A stretch of 44,988 nucleotides of DNA, taken from Candidatus Bathyarchaeia archaeon. GTDB taxonomy: Archaea > Thermoproteota > Bathyarchaeia > Bathyarchaeales > Bathycorpusculaceae. The stretch covers positions 1 through 44,988 of the forward strand of contig JBEKKX010000020.1 in the NCBI GenBank assembly GCA_050010515.1, in the 5' to 3' direction. The notes under the pieces were generated by a model. It searched no databases. It was not told where the DNA came from and saw only the letters and a program-made list of their open reading frames with translations. The translations under genes were made by a program, and so were the position numbers. This document shows, piece by piece, positions 10,364 through 20,536 of the stretch (position 1 is the stretch's first letter; each line of letters opens with the position of its first letter).

Positions 10364-12052
10364 TTAAACCTCAGCTTTTCTCAAAAGGTCTTGTGCACTG
10401 CCAATATTTATCCGATAGAAAACTGCGGTAATGATTAAAGAAATGACTCCACTGATGATAACGGAAATGGCAAGGTTAAATGAACTAGCTGTTAAACCAA
10501 GAATAAAAGATGGAGCGAGGGAAGCTATCACATACGGTACCAGAGGCGCCAGTACCGCGGCTCCAGCAATGGCGCAGACAATGAAACTTACATATGTCCA
10601 TTCTTGACGCACCATTCTTGCTCTACGGGTTTGTGAGAAGTCAGCTCCTTTGAAGCCGATAGAAAGTGAAATCGAGCTTACAGCCAAAATTACGAAAAAG
10701 GCTTCAATGAAAGCTATAATAGTCTCTCGTAGAGAAGGATGGTAAAATGCAATTCCAACAATTCCAGCCGCTAGTAAAATAATGGTTGAAAAGAGTGTTA
10801 CAAAGAAATATTTGCTTTTAACCAGGTTCTTGGGTGAAATCGGTGAAGCGTAAATTCTCCATACCGCTTGTCCTTCTTCACCTATCAAAATCTCTCCTAA
10901 CAGCATAGCCATAGATGCAGCAGGTAACAGAAAAATCACTCCAACCAAAATTGGGGTAGCTGTTGATGCACCCCCGTTGATTATACCTTGTGATTCCAAG
11001 AGAGGTAAAATAATTATAATTATCGGCAAGATAAAAATAGGAATCAACTCTCGACGCCTAGTGAACGCTTTTAAATCCTTTCGGATTATGGCTGCTTCAA
11101 CAGTAGAAAAGCCTATTCTGCCTAAAATGCCAGTTTTCGGCGCGTAGATGCCGCTTTTTTGAACCGTTATTGCCGGAGGCTCGTAAAGCCCAAACTGAGT
11201 GTTCAACCATACAGCAAGGTAATACAAGCCCGCAATGAACAATGCTGATAAGCTTACGAATAGGGCGCCTTGCAAAAACAACCCTTTGAAAATGTAGGAG
11301 ATAGTTAGGGCTAGCCACACGAAAGGCACGTACCAAAGAGCGCTCTGAGCGTGCGTTAGGTTCGTAAGGAATGATTGTAATCCTGAAGTTACATAGAAAT
11401 ACAAGATGTAAAAAATGATGAAGAACAATATTGAACCGATAAATCTCACCCATACAGCTGCTCTGCCGCTTGACTTGTAAACCGCACCAATAAAGCGCAC
11501 TTGCAGAATTCTCAGGCTTTCCGTTGTGGCACTTGCCAAGAAAGCCGCCGCAAACAAAGCCAGCATAGTTAGCAGTGCCTGAAGAATTAAACCGTTAGGA
11601 ATTGAGAAGGTAACTACTCCAGCTGCTAAGCCAAGTACAACTGCAAGCGGGAAACCGAGTAAGTTAGCAAAGATGGAACCGACAGTATGCTCTTCCCATG
11701 TTACTGGCAGCCAATACATTACCTGAGTTGATGCCTTGACGCCGCTGAGCTGAATTTGCTGCAGCAAGGTGAATACTAAACTGAAAACTAAAATAATTGT
11801 TGGTAAAATAACGAAAACGTTGAGTGTTCCATCTTTTAATGAAGGCAGGTTAGGAACTGCTCCATTTGAATAAATCTGGGACACAAAATAGTTAGCCAGT
11901 AAACCTGACAGTACACCGATGATTACGGCTGTCCAGTAGGGCCAATAAGCGAGGAAGCCGTTTTCCCTATATCTGGTGGCTTTTATTCCCCTGATTAGCC
12001 TGCCAGATTTACGTTCGACCCGCACAAGGAAGACAACGTTCTTCCAGTTCAT
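10364..12052 (-). CDS. ABC-2 type exporter permease (large, multi-TM)
   Basis: Many TM helices; IIRKDLKAFTRR and SPISPKNLVKSK motifs; overlaps the ATPase stop. Confidence 0.9.
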   Translation of the reverse strand: MNWKNVVFLVRVERKSGRLIRGIKATRYRENGFLAYWPYWTAVIIGVLSGLLANYFVSQIYSNGAVPNLPSLKDGTLNVFVILPTIILVFSLVFTLLQQIQLSGVKASTQVMYWLPVTWEEHTVGSIFANLLGFPLAVVLGLAAGVVTFSIPNGLILQALLTMLALFAAAFLASATTESLRILQVRFIGAVYKSSGRAAVWVRFIGSILFFIIFYILYFYVTSGLQSFLTNLTHAQSALWYVPFVWLALTISYIFKGLFLQGALFVSLSALFIAGLYYLAVWLNTQFGLYEPPAITVQKSGIYAPKTGILGRIGFSTVEAAIIRKDLKAFTRRRELIPIFILPIIIIILPLLESQGIINGGASTATPILVGVIFLLPAASMAMLLGEILIGEEGQAVWRIYASPISPKNLVKSKYFFVTLFSTIILLAAGIVGIAFYHPSLRETIIAFIEAFFVILAVSSISLSIGFKGADFSQTRRARMVRQEWTYVSFIVCAIAGAAVLAPLVPYVIASLAPSFILGLTASSFNLAISVIISGVISLIITAVFYRINIGSAQDLLRKAEV

Positions 12053-12822
12053 TTCATGAGTTCCTCAACGACAGCTCTTAAATCGTCAGTTCCAGTTAAC
12101 CTCAAGAAAATATCTTCCAACCCCGAGCCTGGTAAGCTGGCTGTTTTTCTTAACTCATCCATGTTGCCGAGAGCTAATAATTGTCCTTGATACATTATGC
12201 CTATTCGGTCGCATAACGCCTGGGCAATTTCAAGAACATGCGTTGACATTATTGTGGTTACGCCTTGCGTTTTAAGCTCGTACAGGAACTCTTTAACTAT
12301 TCTAGCAGAACGAGGGTCTAAAGCGTTAAGCGGCTCGTCAAGAATTAAGAGTTTAGGCTTGTGCAAAAAGGCTGAGATTAAACTGATTTTCTTTTTCATG
12401 CCATCCGAGTAACTGTTTATCATGTCGCCTTCTCGTCCTTCAAGCTGAAGAGCTTTGAGGTACTCGGTTATCCGCTGTTTCTTCTCAGCCGTCGGCACAC
12501 CGTAAATGTCAGCTATGAAATCAAGATACTCGATACCAGTTAAAAACTCGTAAATGTTCGGTGATTCTGGAACATAACCAACAAGCCGCTTAACTTCCAC
12601 TGGCTGTTTTTGAACATCTAATCCTAAAACGTTAACTGATCCAGCGGTAGGTTGGACTAAACCCACTAGCATTTTAAGGGTAGTTGATTTTCCTGAACCG
12701 TTAGGTCCCAAAAGCCCGAAGATTTCACCTGTACTTATGGTGAGATTAAGTTTGTTTACTGCTACTATTTCGTTGTAGCGTTTTGTTGCGTCTTTAAGTT
12801 CAACCGCGATTTGAGAGTACAT
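12049..12822 (-). CDS. ABC transporter ATP-binding protein
   Basis: GPNGSGKST, YSDGMKKK, LILDEP, STH. Confidence 0.95.
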   Translation of the reverse strand: MYSQIAVELKDATKRYNEIVAVNKLNLTISTGEIFGLLGPNGSGKSTTLKMLVGLVQPTAGSVNVLGLDVQKQPVEVKRLVGYVPESPNIYEFLTGIEYLDFIADIYGVPTAEKKQRITEYLKALQLEGREGDMINSYSDGMKKKISLISAFLHKPKLLILDEPLNALDPRSARIVKEFLYELKTQGVTTIMSTHVLEIAQALCDRIGIMYQGQLLALGNMDELRKTASLPGSGLEDIFLRLTGTDDLRAVVEELMK

Positions 12823-12963
12823 GCTTAACGGTGCCACCGACTGCAAATAGAAAAAGCCTCTGTATTTAAGGCTAATGCGTGTTCTCTTGTTCAATTGTTA
12901 GTATCTTGCACATGATGGTTTTCAAAAACTAAAAAAGAAAAATGGAAGTAAATTATTCAAAGC

Positions 12964-13401
12964 CTACTTAAAGTTAAGTTCAAAGCTTATCGGAACATCT
13001 TCGCCCCAAGATTGTCGTATTGGACAAATCTTCTGCGCCATTCCATATACAGTGTTAGCTTTTTTACGTTCGCGGTCATTATCGGATTCCAAACCAACGT
13101 TCATATTAAAGTGCACGTCTGTAAAAATCAACTTCTCCATGCCTTCGATGTTCATTTTAACAATCGCTTTTGTTTCCAAGTTTTTAAGCCCTAACTGGCT
13201 ATTTTTAGCAATCAACAAAAACAGCGTGTTCATGCATGAGGCTAACGCAGCGGCGAAAATGTCTTCAGGTACACAGTAGCCCTCTTTTCCTCCAAACATC
13301 GGTGGTGGACTGACCGTAACGATTTCCTTGCCCTTAACCGAGAGTTGGCATTCTATTCCGCCTTTCCAAGTTGCTGTTCCTTCAAAATTCATTTCCGGCA
13401 T
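12964..13401 (-). CDS. OsmC family protein
   Basis: PPMFGG, PEDIFAAALASC and CPI motifs. Confidence 0.9.
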   Translation of the reverse strand: MPEMNFEGTATWKGGIECQLSVKGKEIVTVSPPPMFGGKEGYCVPEDIFAAALASCMNTLFLLIAKNSQLGLKNLETKAIVKMNIEGMEKLIFTDVHFNMNVGLESDNDRERKKANTVYGMAQKICPIRQSWGEDVPISFELNFK

Positions 13402-13627
13402 AAAATCACCAAATTAATGTTATGGTAAAAGTAGAAATTTAATGTTACGGAACCTCAGTTTGTGTAGATTTCTTTGTCAATCTTCATCATTGCTTGTTTT
13501 TGGCGTTTTTCTTAGACTCAGCGAAATAAAGAAGTATTTTTTAGCTTTCAACATTATCGAATTGTTCCAGCAAAACCATTATATCCGTGTTGCGTTTTTA
13601 AAAACAGTTCTGTAGTCTGTTCGTAGT

Positions 13628-14629
13628 GTGGCAAAAATGGGCAACGTTATCGAGACTAACCAATTAACAAAGAAGTTTGGCTCGTTCACGGCCGTTGATA
13701 GGCTGAATATTACTGTTGAGTCTGGCGAAATCTTCGGCTTGCTTGGCCCCAACGGTGCCGGAAAAACCACCCGCATATCTATGCTTTGCACCATGCTGAA
13801 ACCCTCTTCCGGGACCGCCAAGGTCAACGGCTTTGACATTGTTAAGGAAGCTATGCAGGTGCGAAAATCGATAGGCATAGTTTTTCAAGATCCAAGCGTT
13901 GACGACAGAATGACTGGACGAGAAAATCTCCTCATGCACGCCAACCTTTACGGAGTTCCAACAAGCGAACAGAACGACCGAATCAATAGCGTTCTGAAAT
14001 TAGTTGAGCTAGACGAAAGGGCTGACGATCTTACGCGAACTTATTCCGGCGGGATGAGGCGCAGATTGGAACTTGCCCGAGGGCTTATTCATTATCCTAA
14101 GGTTCTTTTTTTGGATGAACCTACGATAGGGCTTGACCCACAAACTAGAGATCACGTTTGGAGATACATCCGAGACTTGAAAGAAGCCCACGACATAACT
14201 GTGGTCTTAACTACGCATTATATGGATGAGGCTGATAGGCTTTCTGACCGCATCGCCATAATGGATTACGGAAAAATCATAGCTCTTGACACTTCTTCTA
14301 AATTGAAAGAAACCCTCGAAGGCGACGTGATAACAGTTAAAGCAGACAATCTTGAAGCTCTTCTCTCGATCATAACTGAGAAAATGGGGCTTCAGAAAAC
14401 TCAGATGGTCGATGATGCGTTAGAAATCACGGTGCAAAACGGAAAAAGCTTGCTTCCGAGGATAGTGGATATGGCGACTCAAAACAAAATATACGTTGAA
14501 TCCATCCGTTTACGCGAGCCAAACCTTGAGGACGTATTCTTGCACTATACAGGCAGAACCATACGCCCAGACGCAACCAAGGAACTTCATGGCTTAGCCG
14601 AGGCACGGAGGAGAGCGGCTGCGAGATGA
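13628..14629 (+). CDS. DrrA-like ABC exporter ATP-binding protein
   Basis: GPNGAGKTT, YSGGMRRR, FLDEPT, C-terminal PNLEDVFL. Confidence 0.95.
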   Translation: MAKMGNVIETNQLTKKFGSFTAVDRLNITVESGEIFGLLGPNGAGKTTRISMLCTMLKPSSGTAKVNGFDIVKEAMQVRKSIGIVFQDPSVDDRMTGRENLLMHANLYGVPTSEQNDRINSVLKLVELDERADDLTRTYSGGMRRRLELARGLIHYPKVLFLDEPTIGLDPQTRDHVWRYIRDLKEAHDITVVLTTHYMDEADRLSDRIAIMDYGKIIALDTSSKLKETLEGDVITVKADNLEALLSIITEKMGLQKTQMVDDALEITVQNGKSLLPRIVDMATQNKIYVESIRLREPNLEDVFLHYTGRTIRPDATKELHGLAEARRRAAAR

Positions 14630-15393
14630 CTGAAATCAGGGGCTTCTACACTCTTTGGCTTCGAGAAGTCAAACGTTACCTGAGAGACCGAGTCAGAATA
14701 GTCAGCAGTTTCGTCACGCCCTTACTTTGGCTATTTATATTCGGGGAGGGCGTCCGTTTGGTTCTTCCATATGCAGGACTGAATTATCTACAGTACATTT
14801 TCCCAGGCATAATAGGGCAAACCCTGCTTTTCACTTCCATGTTCATGGGAATTTCCGTACTCTGGGACAGAGAATTTGGCTTTATGAAAGAAATACTGGT
14901 TGCACCCATTTCGCGCACATGGGTCTTCATAGGTAAGATGATAGGTGACAGCACCGACGCCGTAATTCAAGGGATAATCGTTTTCGTTCTTGGTCTACTG
15001 TTAGGGATAAAGCTTAACATATTTACGTTCCTCGAACTCTTGCCCATCATGCTGCTCATCACCTTTGGCTTGGTCAGCATAGGCTTAACGCTAGCCAGCT
15101 TCATGGGAAGTTTGGAAGGCTTCGGCACCATACAGAGCTTCATTAACCTTCCTTTGTTCTTCCTCAGCGGTGCTCTTTTCCCCCTTAGAGGAGCAAGTAT
15201 TCCAACCTGGCTGCAAATCGCCTCAAGATTAAACCCATTAACTTACGGTGTTGACGCGTTAAGAAACGTTATTTTGGGTGCAGCATGGACACCTTTTCAG
15301 ATTCAATCTTTATGGTTTGACATTGGAATTATTGCCTTATTTGATTTGATTATGATGATAATTGGCACCTGGGCGTTCACCAGAATGAAGTAG
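14626..15393 (+). CDS. DrrB-like ABC-2 permease
   Basis: DREFGFMKEILVAP, FLSGALFP, NPLTYGVDALR. Confidence 0.95.
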   Translation: MTEIRGFYTLWLREVKRYLRDRVRIVSSFVTPLLWLFIFGEGVRLVLPYAGLNYLQYIFPGIIGQTLLFTSMFMGISVLWDREFGFMKEILVAPISRTWVFIGKMIGDSTDAVIQGIIVFVLGLLLGIKLNIFTFLELLPIMLLITFGLVSIGLTLASFMGSLEGFGTIQSFINLPLFFLSGALFPLRGASIPTWLQIASRLNPLTYGVDALRNVILGAAWTPFQIQSLWFDIGIIALFDLIMMIIGTWAFTRMK

Positions 15394-15560
15394 AAATTGG
15401 CTGCTAAAACGCTTAATTTCTTCCAAAGGCTTAAAATAAACCCATTTTCCAATTATTGCATAAATTTATAGTCGGATTATTTTTTCGGTCAATTTTTAGA
15501 TAAAACAGTCAATTTTTCGGGTCAAAAAACCTTTAAGCAACTTCCACTAATGCAGTTTCG

Positions 15561-15860
15561 GTGATAAATATGCGAAAAGTGAGAAGCATCATTTATCTTG
15601 CTCTGCTTGGAACGGTCGGATTAATAGCCGTTTTAATCAATCCAATCTACATGTTAGCAGTAATCGGTATGTTTGCTTTCTTGGCGATTGCTAGGCAGAT
15701 GAACTTCAACAATATTTTTATGATGATAAAGCGTTATGCAAAAAATGTTTCTAGACTGCGCTTTGAAATTCGAGCGAAGCTACACACAGGCTTCAGAGAC
15801 TATAGTGACTCTATGGACAGCGAAGAATCACACAATAGAAACTGCGGATTCATCAGATAA
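15561..15860 (+). CDS. Hypothetical small membrane protein
   Basis: N-terminal hydrophobic hairpin; upstream TTTAAG TATA-like box. Confidence 0.55.
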   Translation: MINMRKVRSIIYLALLGTVGLIAVLINPIYMLAVIGMFAFLAIARQMNFNNIFMMIKRYAKNVSRLRFEIRAKLHTGFRDYSDSMDSEESHNRNCGFIR

Positions 15861-15917
15861 CCCAAACTTTTTTGCTTTCTTTTAAAAATTGAAAAAAGAA
15901 CTGAAGAAAAATTATCT

Positions 15918-16205
15918 TTATTGTTTATTTGTCATTTCGTTGATTTGCTGTTCCATCGCATGGCCGCGACAGTAAACTACTGCTTTTTTTATGCCTGGAA
16001 CTGATTTTGCAGCGGCTTTGATGTCTGCTGCAAGTTTGAACGCTATGGGGCAGAATGGGCTTGTTGGTATGAATTCTACGGTGACTGTGCCTGGTTCAGT
16101 TTCTTTCACGCTTTGAATCATTTGCATTTCATCGAATGTTTGTCCTGTTTCTGGGTCTTGCACTTTGCCTACTTCTTGGCGTACTTTATCTTCTAACTCA
16201 GTCAT
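15918..16205 (-). CDS. DUF59 / Fe-S cluster assembly (SufT/PaaD-like) protein
   Basis: VQDPE and TSPFCP motifs. Confidence 0.9.
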   Translation of the reverse strand: MTELEDKVRQEVGKVQDPETGQTFDEMQMIQSVKETEPGTVTVEFIPTSPFCPIAFKLAADIKAAAKSVPGIKKAVVYCRGHAMEQQINEMTNKQ

Positions 16206-16298
16206 TTTTTTAACCTCTGGTTTTACTGAAAGAAATATGAAGTTGCCTTAACATATAAACTGATTGCACAAGCGCTAATAGTTTAACGGTGACTCGGT

Positions 16299-16718
16299 TT
16301 GAGCTTTGATGAATCTTGCATATTCTGCAAAATAGTACGTAAGCAAGTGCCAGCAAGCATCATTTACGAGGACGAATCGGTAGTGGCTTTCCTTGACATA
16401 CGCCCATTAAACATGGGACACACCTTAGTCATTCCAAAAGCTCATTACGTAGACATTTTTGAGACTCCAGAGACCGAGCTCAGCAACGTTCACAAGGTCT
16501 CCAAAAGAATTTCCATAGCTGTCAAAAAAGCCACCCACGCAGACGGCATAAGCATTATCCAGCAGAACGGCAAAGCAGCAGGCCAAGACATATGCCACAC
16601 ACATGTGCATGTGGTTCCAAGGTTCGAGGGGCAGAAACTACTGGGTTTTAGCGAGCTCAAAGAAGTTGAAAGAGCCAAGCTTGATGAGATGGCAAAGAGA
16701 ATAAGGCAAGAGCTGTAA
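16299..16718 (+). CDS. HIT family hydrolase
   Basis: CIFCKI, GHTLVIPK, HTHVHVVPR. Confidence 0.95.
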   Translation: MSFDESCIFCKIVRKQVPASIIYEDESVVAFLDIRPLNMGHTLVIPKAHYVDIFETPETELSNVHKVSKRISIAVKKATHADGISIIQQNGKAAGQDICHTHVHVVPRFEGQKLLGFSELKEVERAKLDEMAKRIRQEL

Positions 16719-16821
16719 AATGCTGTTGCACTTTTGAGTTGGGATTAAAATTATAGGTTAATAAAATTTAATAGTGAATCTTGTGATTTACTATTTCTGG
16801 CGAATCCAATTGAGAGCAACA

Positions 16822-17082
16822 ATGGATGCCTCTCTTGAAAATATTCAGTTTAGGTACAGGCAAGTCAGATGCAAAATTTGTAACGGGACAGGCATAAATC
16901 AAACTGATTCCCCGATGGGCGCAAGATGCGAAAGATGCGATGGAACAGGTCGGCGCTTGTTCCCGGACGGTCCAGCTGAAATTTGCTCGTCTTGTTCAGG
17001 CAGAGGCAAAGATTACCGATTTTCTCGCAGGGGTACAGTATGTCAAGAATGCGATGGCTTCGGCGAAGTTAAGTTGCTTTAA
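16822..17082 (+). CDS. Stand-alone DnaJ-type zinc-finger protein
   Basis: Four CxxCxGxG repeats and no J domain. Confidence 0.75.
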   Translation: MDASLENIQFRYRQVRCKICNGTGINQTDSPMGARCERCDGTGRRLFPDGPAEICSSCSGRGKDYRFSRRGTVCQECDGFGEVKLL

Positions 17083-17260
17083 TTCAAAGAAAGCATTTTC
17101 TTGAATTTTTGTAACTTGATAACAAAAATGGTTAGGAATTGTTTATTTGCTGGAACCGCCCAGCAAGGTTCAGCCAAAGCTGATTACATAATTTTGGATA
17201 TTTTTATTAGAACGTTTATCACAATATAATATAGCGATATTTTAAGGCAGGTGTTAATTT

Positions 17261-17434
17261 TTGGCAAATAAAAAAGGCGACAAATACAAATGTGAAGAAT
17301 GCGGGCTAGTAATCACAGTTGAAAACCCATGCGGTTGTGAACCATGTGAGATAGTCTGTTGCGAAGAGCCAATGAAACCCGTTAAGGAGACGCAAAAGGC
17401 GAAACCAAAACCAAGCCCGAAAACTAGTAAATAA
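17261..17434 (+). CDS. Desulforedoxin-like small metal-binding protein (57 aa)
   Basis: MANKKGDKYKCEECGLVITVENPCGCEPCEIVCCEEPMKP...; TTG start after AGGTG; below the ORF-track cutoff. Confidence 0.8.
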   Translation: MANKKGDKYKCEECGLVITVENPCGCEPCEIVCCEEPMKPVKETQKAKPKPSPKTSK

Positions 17435-17674
17435 ATCTCTAAACCCCAACCCTTTCTTTTTTTACGCTCAATAGTTTAGCGAAAGCACTGTTTAATAATT
17501 AAAATTCATGATAAAAAAATAAATTATAAAGAATATTAAAGCTAATTATTTTAAAGTTTATAACGCAATCGTTAATTGAAGTGGCATGAAAAACTTTTTT
17601 TCATAAAAAATAGGGTATTCTATTCAAAATTGTTATAGCGCTATGTCCTGTTCACAATTGCAGGGCTTTACTCT

Positions 17675-18118
17675 TTACTTAGTTTGTTCGCCTACAACTG
17701 CCATTTTGGGCATTAGCACTTTGTCTATGGCATGGCAAACTCCATTATCCACGGCTATGTCTGGTTTGACGATGTTTGCACCGTTAACTTTCATGTGTCT
17801 ATGCATGTGCCAACGTGACGCGTCTATCCTTAATTCTCCTCCCTGAAGCGCCTGCAAATACTCATGTTTAGCCAAATCTGAAGCTATTAACTTCCCATCA
17901 ACCACATGGAAAGTCAAGATTTCCTTCAACTTCGGAATGTCCTTGAGGAGCATGTCGAGTTCGCCTTTGGGCAATTTAGCGAATGCTTCATCAGTAGGCG
18001 CAAAAACCGTGAATGGACCAGGACTTTTCAGGGTGTCAACTAAACCTGCTGCTTTTACAGCTGTTACAAGCGTGTTAAACATGCCCGAAGCAACGGCAGT
18101 GTCAACAATATCAGGCAA
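17675..18118 (-). CDS. Fasciclin (FAS1) domain protein
   Basis: FTVFAPTDEAF, ILTFHVV, NGVCHAIDKVL. Confidence 0.95.
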   Translation of the reverse strand: MPDIVDTAVASGMFNTLVTAVKAAGLVDTLKSPGPFTVFAPTDEAFAKLPKGELDMLLKDIPKLKEILTFHVVDGKLIASDLAKHEYLQALQGGELRIDASRWHMHRHMKVNGANIVKPDIAVDNGVCHAIDKVLMPKMAVVGEQTK

Positions 18119-18196
18119 AATTTCACCTCCACTTACAATTAAACCTTAAAATCACATGGATATAATGGACAAATTATGCTATAAACCTTTTCTAAT

Positions 18197-18688
18197 TTAT
18201 GGATGCATGTGTTTGTAGCGCCAAAAACCAAGGTACGGCGCTTCAAGGTTCATCTGCCATAGAGCGGCTGATAATTCGCCGTAGTGAATCATGTCTTCCA
18301 TGACAATGTGGCAAAGAGCCGTTTCGACGCTGATGCGTGTCCCTGGTTTGTCGCCCCAGGGGACTACTATTTGCCTGTTTAATTCCTCAGCTAAAAGCTC
18401 TCTCAGGTAGCTTTCGGTCGCATCTTTCACGTGCTCCATGTACTTCTTCAAGGCGTCCATATCCTTGAAAGCGTCAAAGTCCATGTCAACCCACTCCTTG
18501 AACTTGCCCGGAATAATATAGCTTATCCACCGGTCCTCAACAAGGGTTAAATGCAAAAACACGTTACGCATAGAATCAAAACTCAAGTCTCGAGGCTCGA
18601 CAACCGCCGCCCAAGGCAACTTCGCCATAGCATCAAAATAAAGCCCACGAACAGCATGATTATAGAAAATTAAATCTTTAACTTGCAT
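18197..18688 (-). CDS. DinB/YfiT family protein
   Basis: SMRNVFLHL..VEDRW and H....IHYGEL metal-site pattern. Confidence 0.9.
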   Translation of the reverse strand: MQVKDLIFYNHAVRGLYFDAMAKLPWAAVVEPRDLSFDSMRNVFLHLTLVEDRWISYIIPGKFKEWVDMDFDAFKDMDALKKYMEHVKDATESYLRELLAEELNRQIVVPWGDKPGTRISVETALCHIVMEDMIHYGELSAALWQMNLEAPYLGFWRYKHMHP

Positions 18689-19077
18689 GATATGCATTAT
18701 ATAAAAAATTGGTATTTAAAACTTAGGAAATTTAGGTGGTTAGCAATGCAGGTTTTCTTTTGCTTTAATTACAAATGCTTCTGCAATTATTAACGCTATG
18801 ACGAATTGGACGCCGCGCTCAAGAGACGGATACTTCGCAATAGTCGTCAATCAAAGACAGCCGTTCCCTCTTTCTTAGCTGGACCTATCCGTCTGCTTGT
18901 TGGGTTATATTCTGGACATATATCGGTTTTAGGAATATATCGAATCTTAAAATAAGATATATATTGAGACTTACGATAGCTGATTTATGTAGTAGAGTGC
19001 AACAAATGAACAGTACAACACAACTACAGAGAAACCAAGACGTAACAGTAACAATCAAACCTGAACCGACATGCATA

Positions 19078-19530
19078 ATGGCTAAGACAGTTTTTCGGCC
19101 AATGGTCGAGTTGCAGTTAACTGATACTGAATGTTTCTTGAGAGTTTTGCATGTCGATGACGACGACTGTTTCTTGAAGGTTTCCAAGCAAATTTTGGAA
19201 ATGGAGGGCAACATTAAGGTTGAAACGGCTACCTCCGTTAATGAAGCATTTGAGAATCTGAAGCAATTTCATTATAATGTTGTTGTTTCAGATTATGAAA
19301 TGCCTGGAAAAAACGGGCTCCAGTTTCTCGAAGAATTAAAAAAGATTACAAAAAGCCTCCCATTCATACTTTTCACAGGAAAAGGACGAGAGGAGGTGGC
19401 AGCCAAAGCACTGAATCTCGGCGCGTTCAGGTACTTGAACAAATATGGTGATCCCGAGACAGTCTACGCTGAACTCGCATCCAGTATTCAGCAGGCTGCA
19501 ATGACGCTTTTGTGTCGTTGTCCAGCTTAA
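19078..19530 (+). CDS. Response-regulator receiver domain (orphan, probably truncated); start uncertain
   Basis: LHVDDD, VVSDYEMPGKNG, FILFTGKGRE, GAFRYLNK. Confidence 0.85.
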   Translation: MAKTVFRPMVELQLTDTECFLRVLHVDDDDCFLKVSKQILEMEGNIKVETATSVNEAFENLKQFHYNVVVSDYEMPGKNGLQFLEELKKITKSLPFILFTGKGREEVAAKALNLGAFRYLNKYGDPETVYAELASSIQQAAMTLLCRCPA

Positions 19531-19556
19531 AGCGTCATGGAAGTTTTAGCGCGTGC

Positions 19557-19976
19557 GGATAATTCGCCATAATGAACCATGTCTTCTATGACCATGACAA
19601 TTTGGCAAAAGCCGTTTCGATGCTGATGCGTGTCCCTGGTTTGTCGCCCCAGGGGACTACTATTTGCCTGTTTAATTCTTCAGCTAAAAGCTCTCTCAGG
19701 TAGCTTTCGGTCGCATCTTTCACATGCTACATGTACTTCTTCAAGGCGTCCATATCCTTGGAAGCGTCAAAGTCTGGGTCAACCCACTGACTGAAACGGG
19801 CTGGGATAATATAGTTTATCCATGTCCTCAACGAGGGTTAAATGCAAAACACGTTCCGCATCGAATCAAAACTTGCCCCTCTCGGCTTAACTACTTCACT
19901 CCAAGGCAACTTCCATAACATCAAGATAGAATTCACGAACAACATGATTGTAGCGCACTAAATCGGTGACTTGCAT
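19557..19976 (-). pseudogene. Degraded DinB paralog
   Basis: Aligns with 18270-18688; several indels, a GAG>TAG change, C-terminus missing. Confidence 0.9.
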
Positions 19977-20040
19977 GAAACTGCGTTATGCAAAATTGCT
20001 AATTAAAATTTGGCAACAGCTGGAGATTTTTTTCCACTTG

Positions 20041-20448
20041 TTATGTTGGCGGTCTTTTTTGTGCGTATTGGTATCGGCGTGGTTTTCCGATGCGTGTTAG
20101 TATGTTTTCTTTGACGAGGTCAACTAGTGCATGTGCTACGGCTGTGCGGTCGTAGTGGAATCCTCGTCTGGCCAATTCAGTGTGGACTTCGTCGAGGCCT
20201 TTTGGTTCGTTGAACCAGTTTTCTTCCCAGAGTTTTTGGATTATGCCTTTGCATGTTTCTGCTCTGGGTGGTGGGGCTGGGCGTTCTGCTATTTGGGCGA
20301 GGTTTGTGTTTTTTAGGCGTTCGGTGACTGTGGCGAGTATTTTGTCTACGGTGTTTTGGATTTGGTCTTCTTGGGATTCGATTTCGAATTCTATGTCGCC
20401 GATTTTTATTTTTACGCGTATTGGTGGTTTTTGCTGTTTTTCTGTCAA
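20041..20448 (-). CDS. Putative winged-helix DNA-binding protein
   Basis: WFNEPKGLDEVHTEL.RRGFHYDRTAVAHALVDLVKENILTR.G...RYQY; TTG start with AGGTGA. Confidence 0.8.
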   Translation of the reverse strand: MTEKQQKPPIRVKIKIGDIEFEIESQEDQIQNTVDKILATVTERLKNTNLAQIAERPAPPPRAETCKGIIQKLWEENWFNEPKGLDEVHTELARRGFHYDRTAVAHALVDLVKENILTRIGKPRRYQYAQKRPPT

Positions 20449-20457
20449 GTCTTCACC

Positions 20458-20534
20458 TATTGCATATTGTATTGTGCAAGATGCGCATGCACAATATTTA
20501 AATATTTCACCAATAATTATTGCATATTGGTGAA
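20458..20534. promoter_or_regulatory. Divergent promoter with two inverted repeats flanking a palindromic TATA region
   Basis: TATTGTGCA-N9-TGCACAATA (20470-20496), AATATTTAAATATT, TTCACCAATA-N9-TATTGGTGAA (20506-20534). Confidence 0.6.
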
Positions 20535-20536
20535 TC

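Noticed and set aside
18684-18712. dif-like site upstream of DinB
   Set aside because: It overlaps the start codon and promoter region, and a similar sequence precedes the paralog
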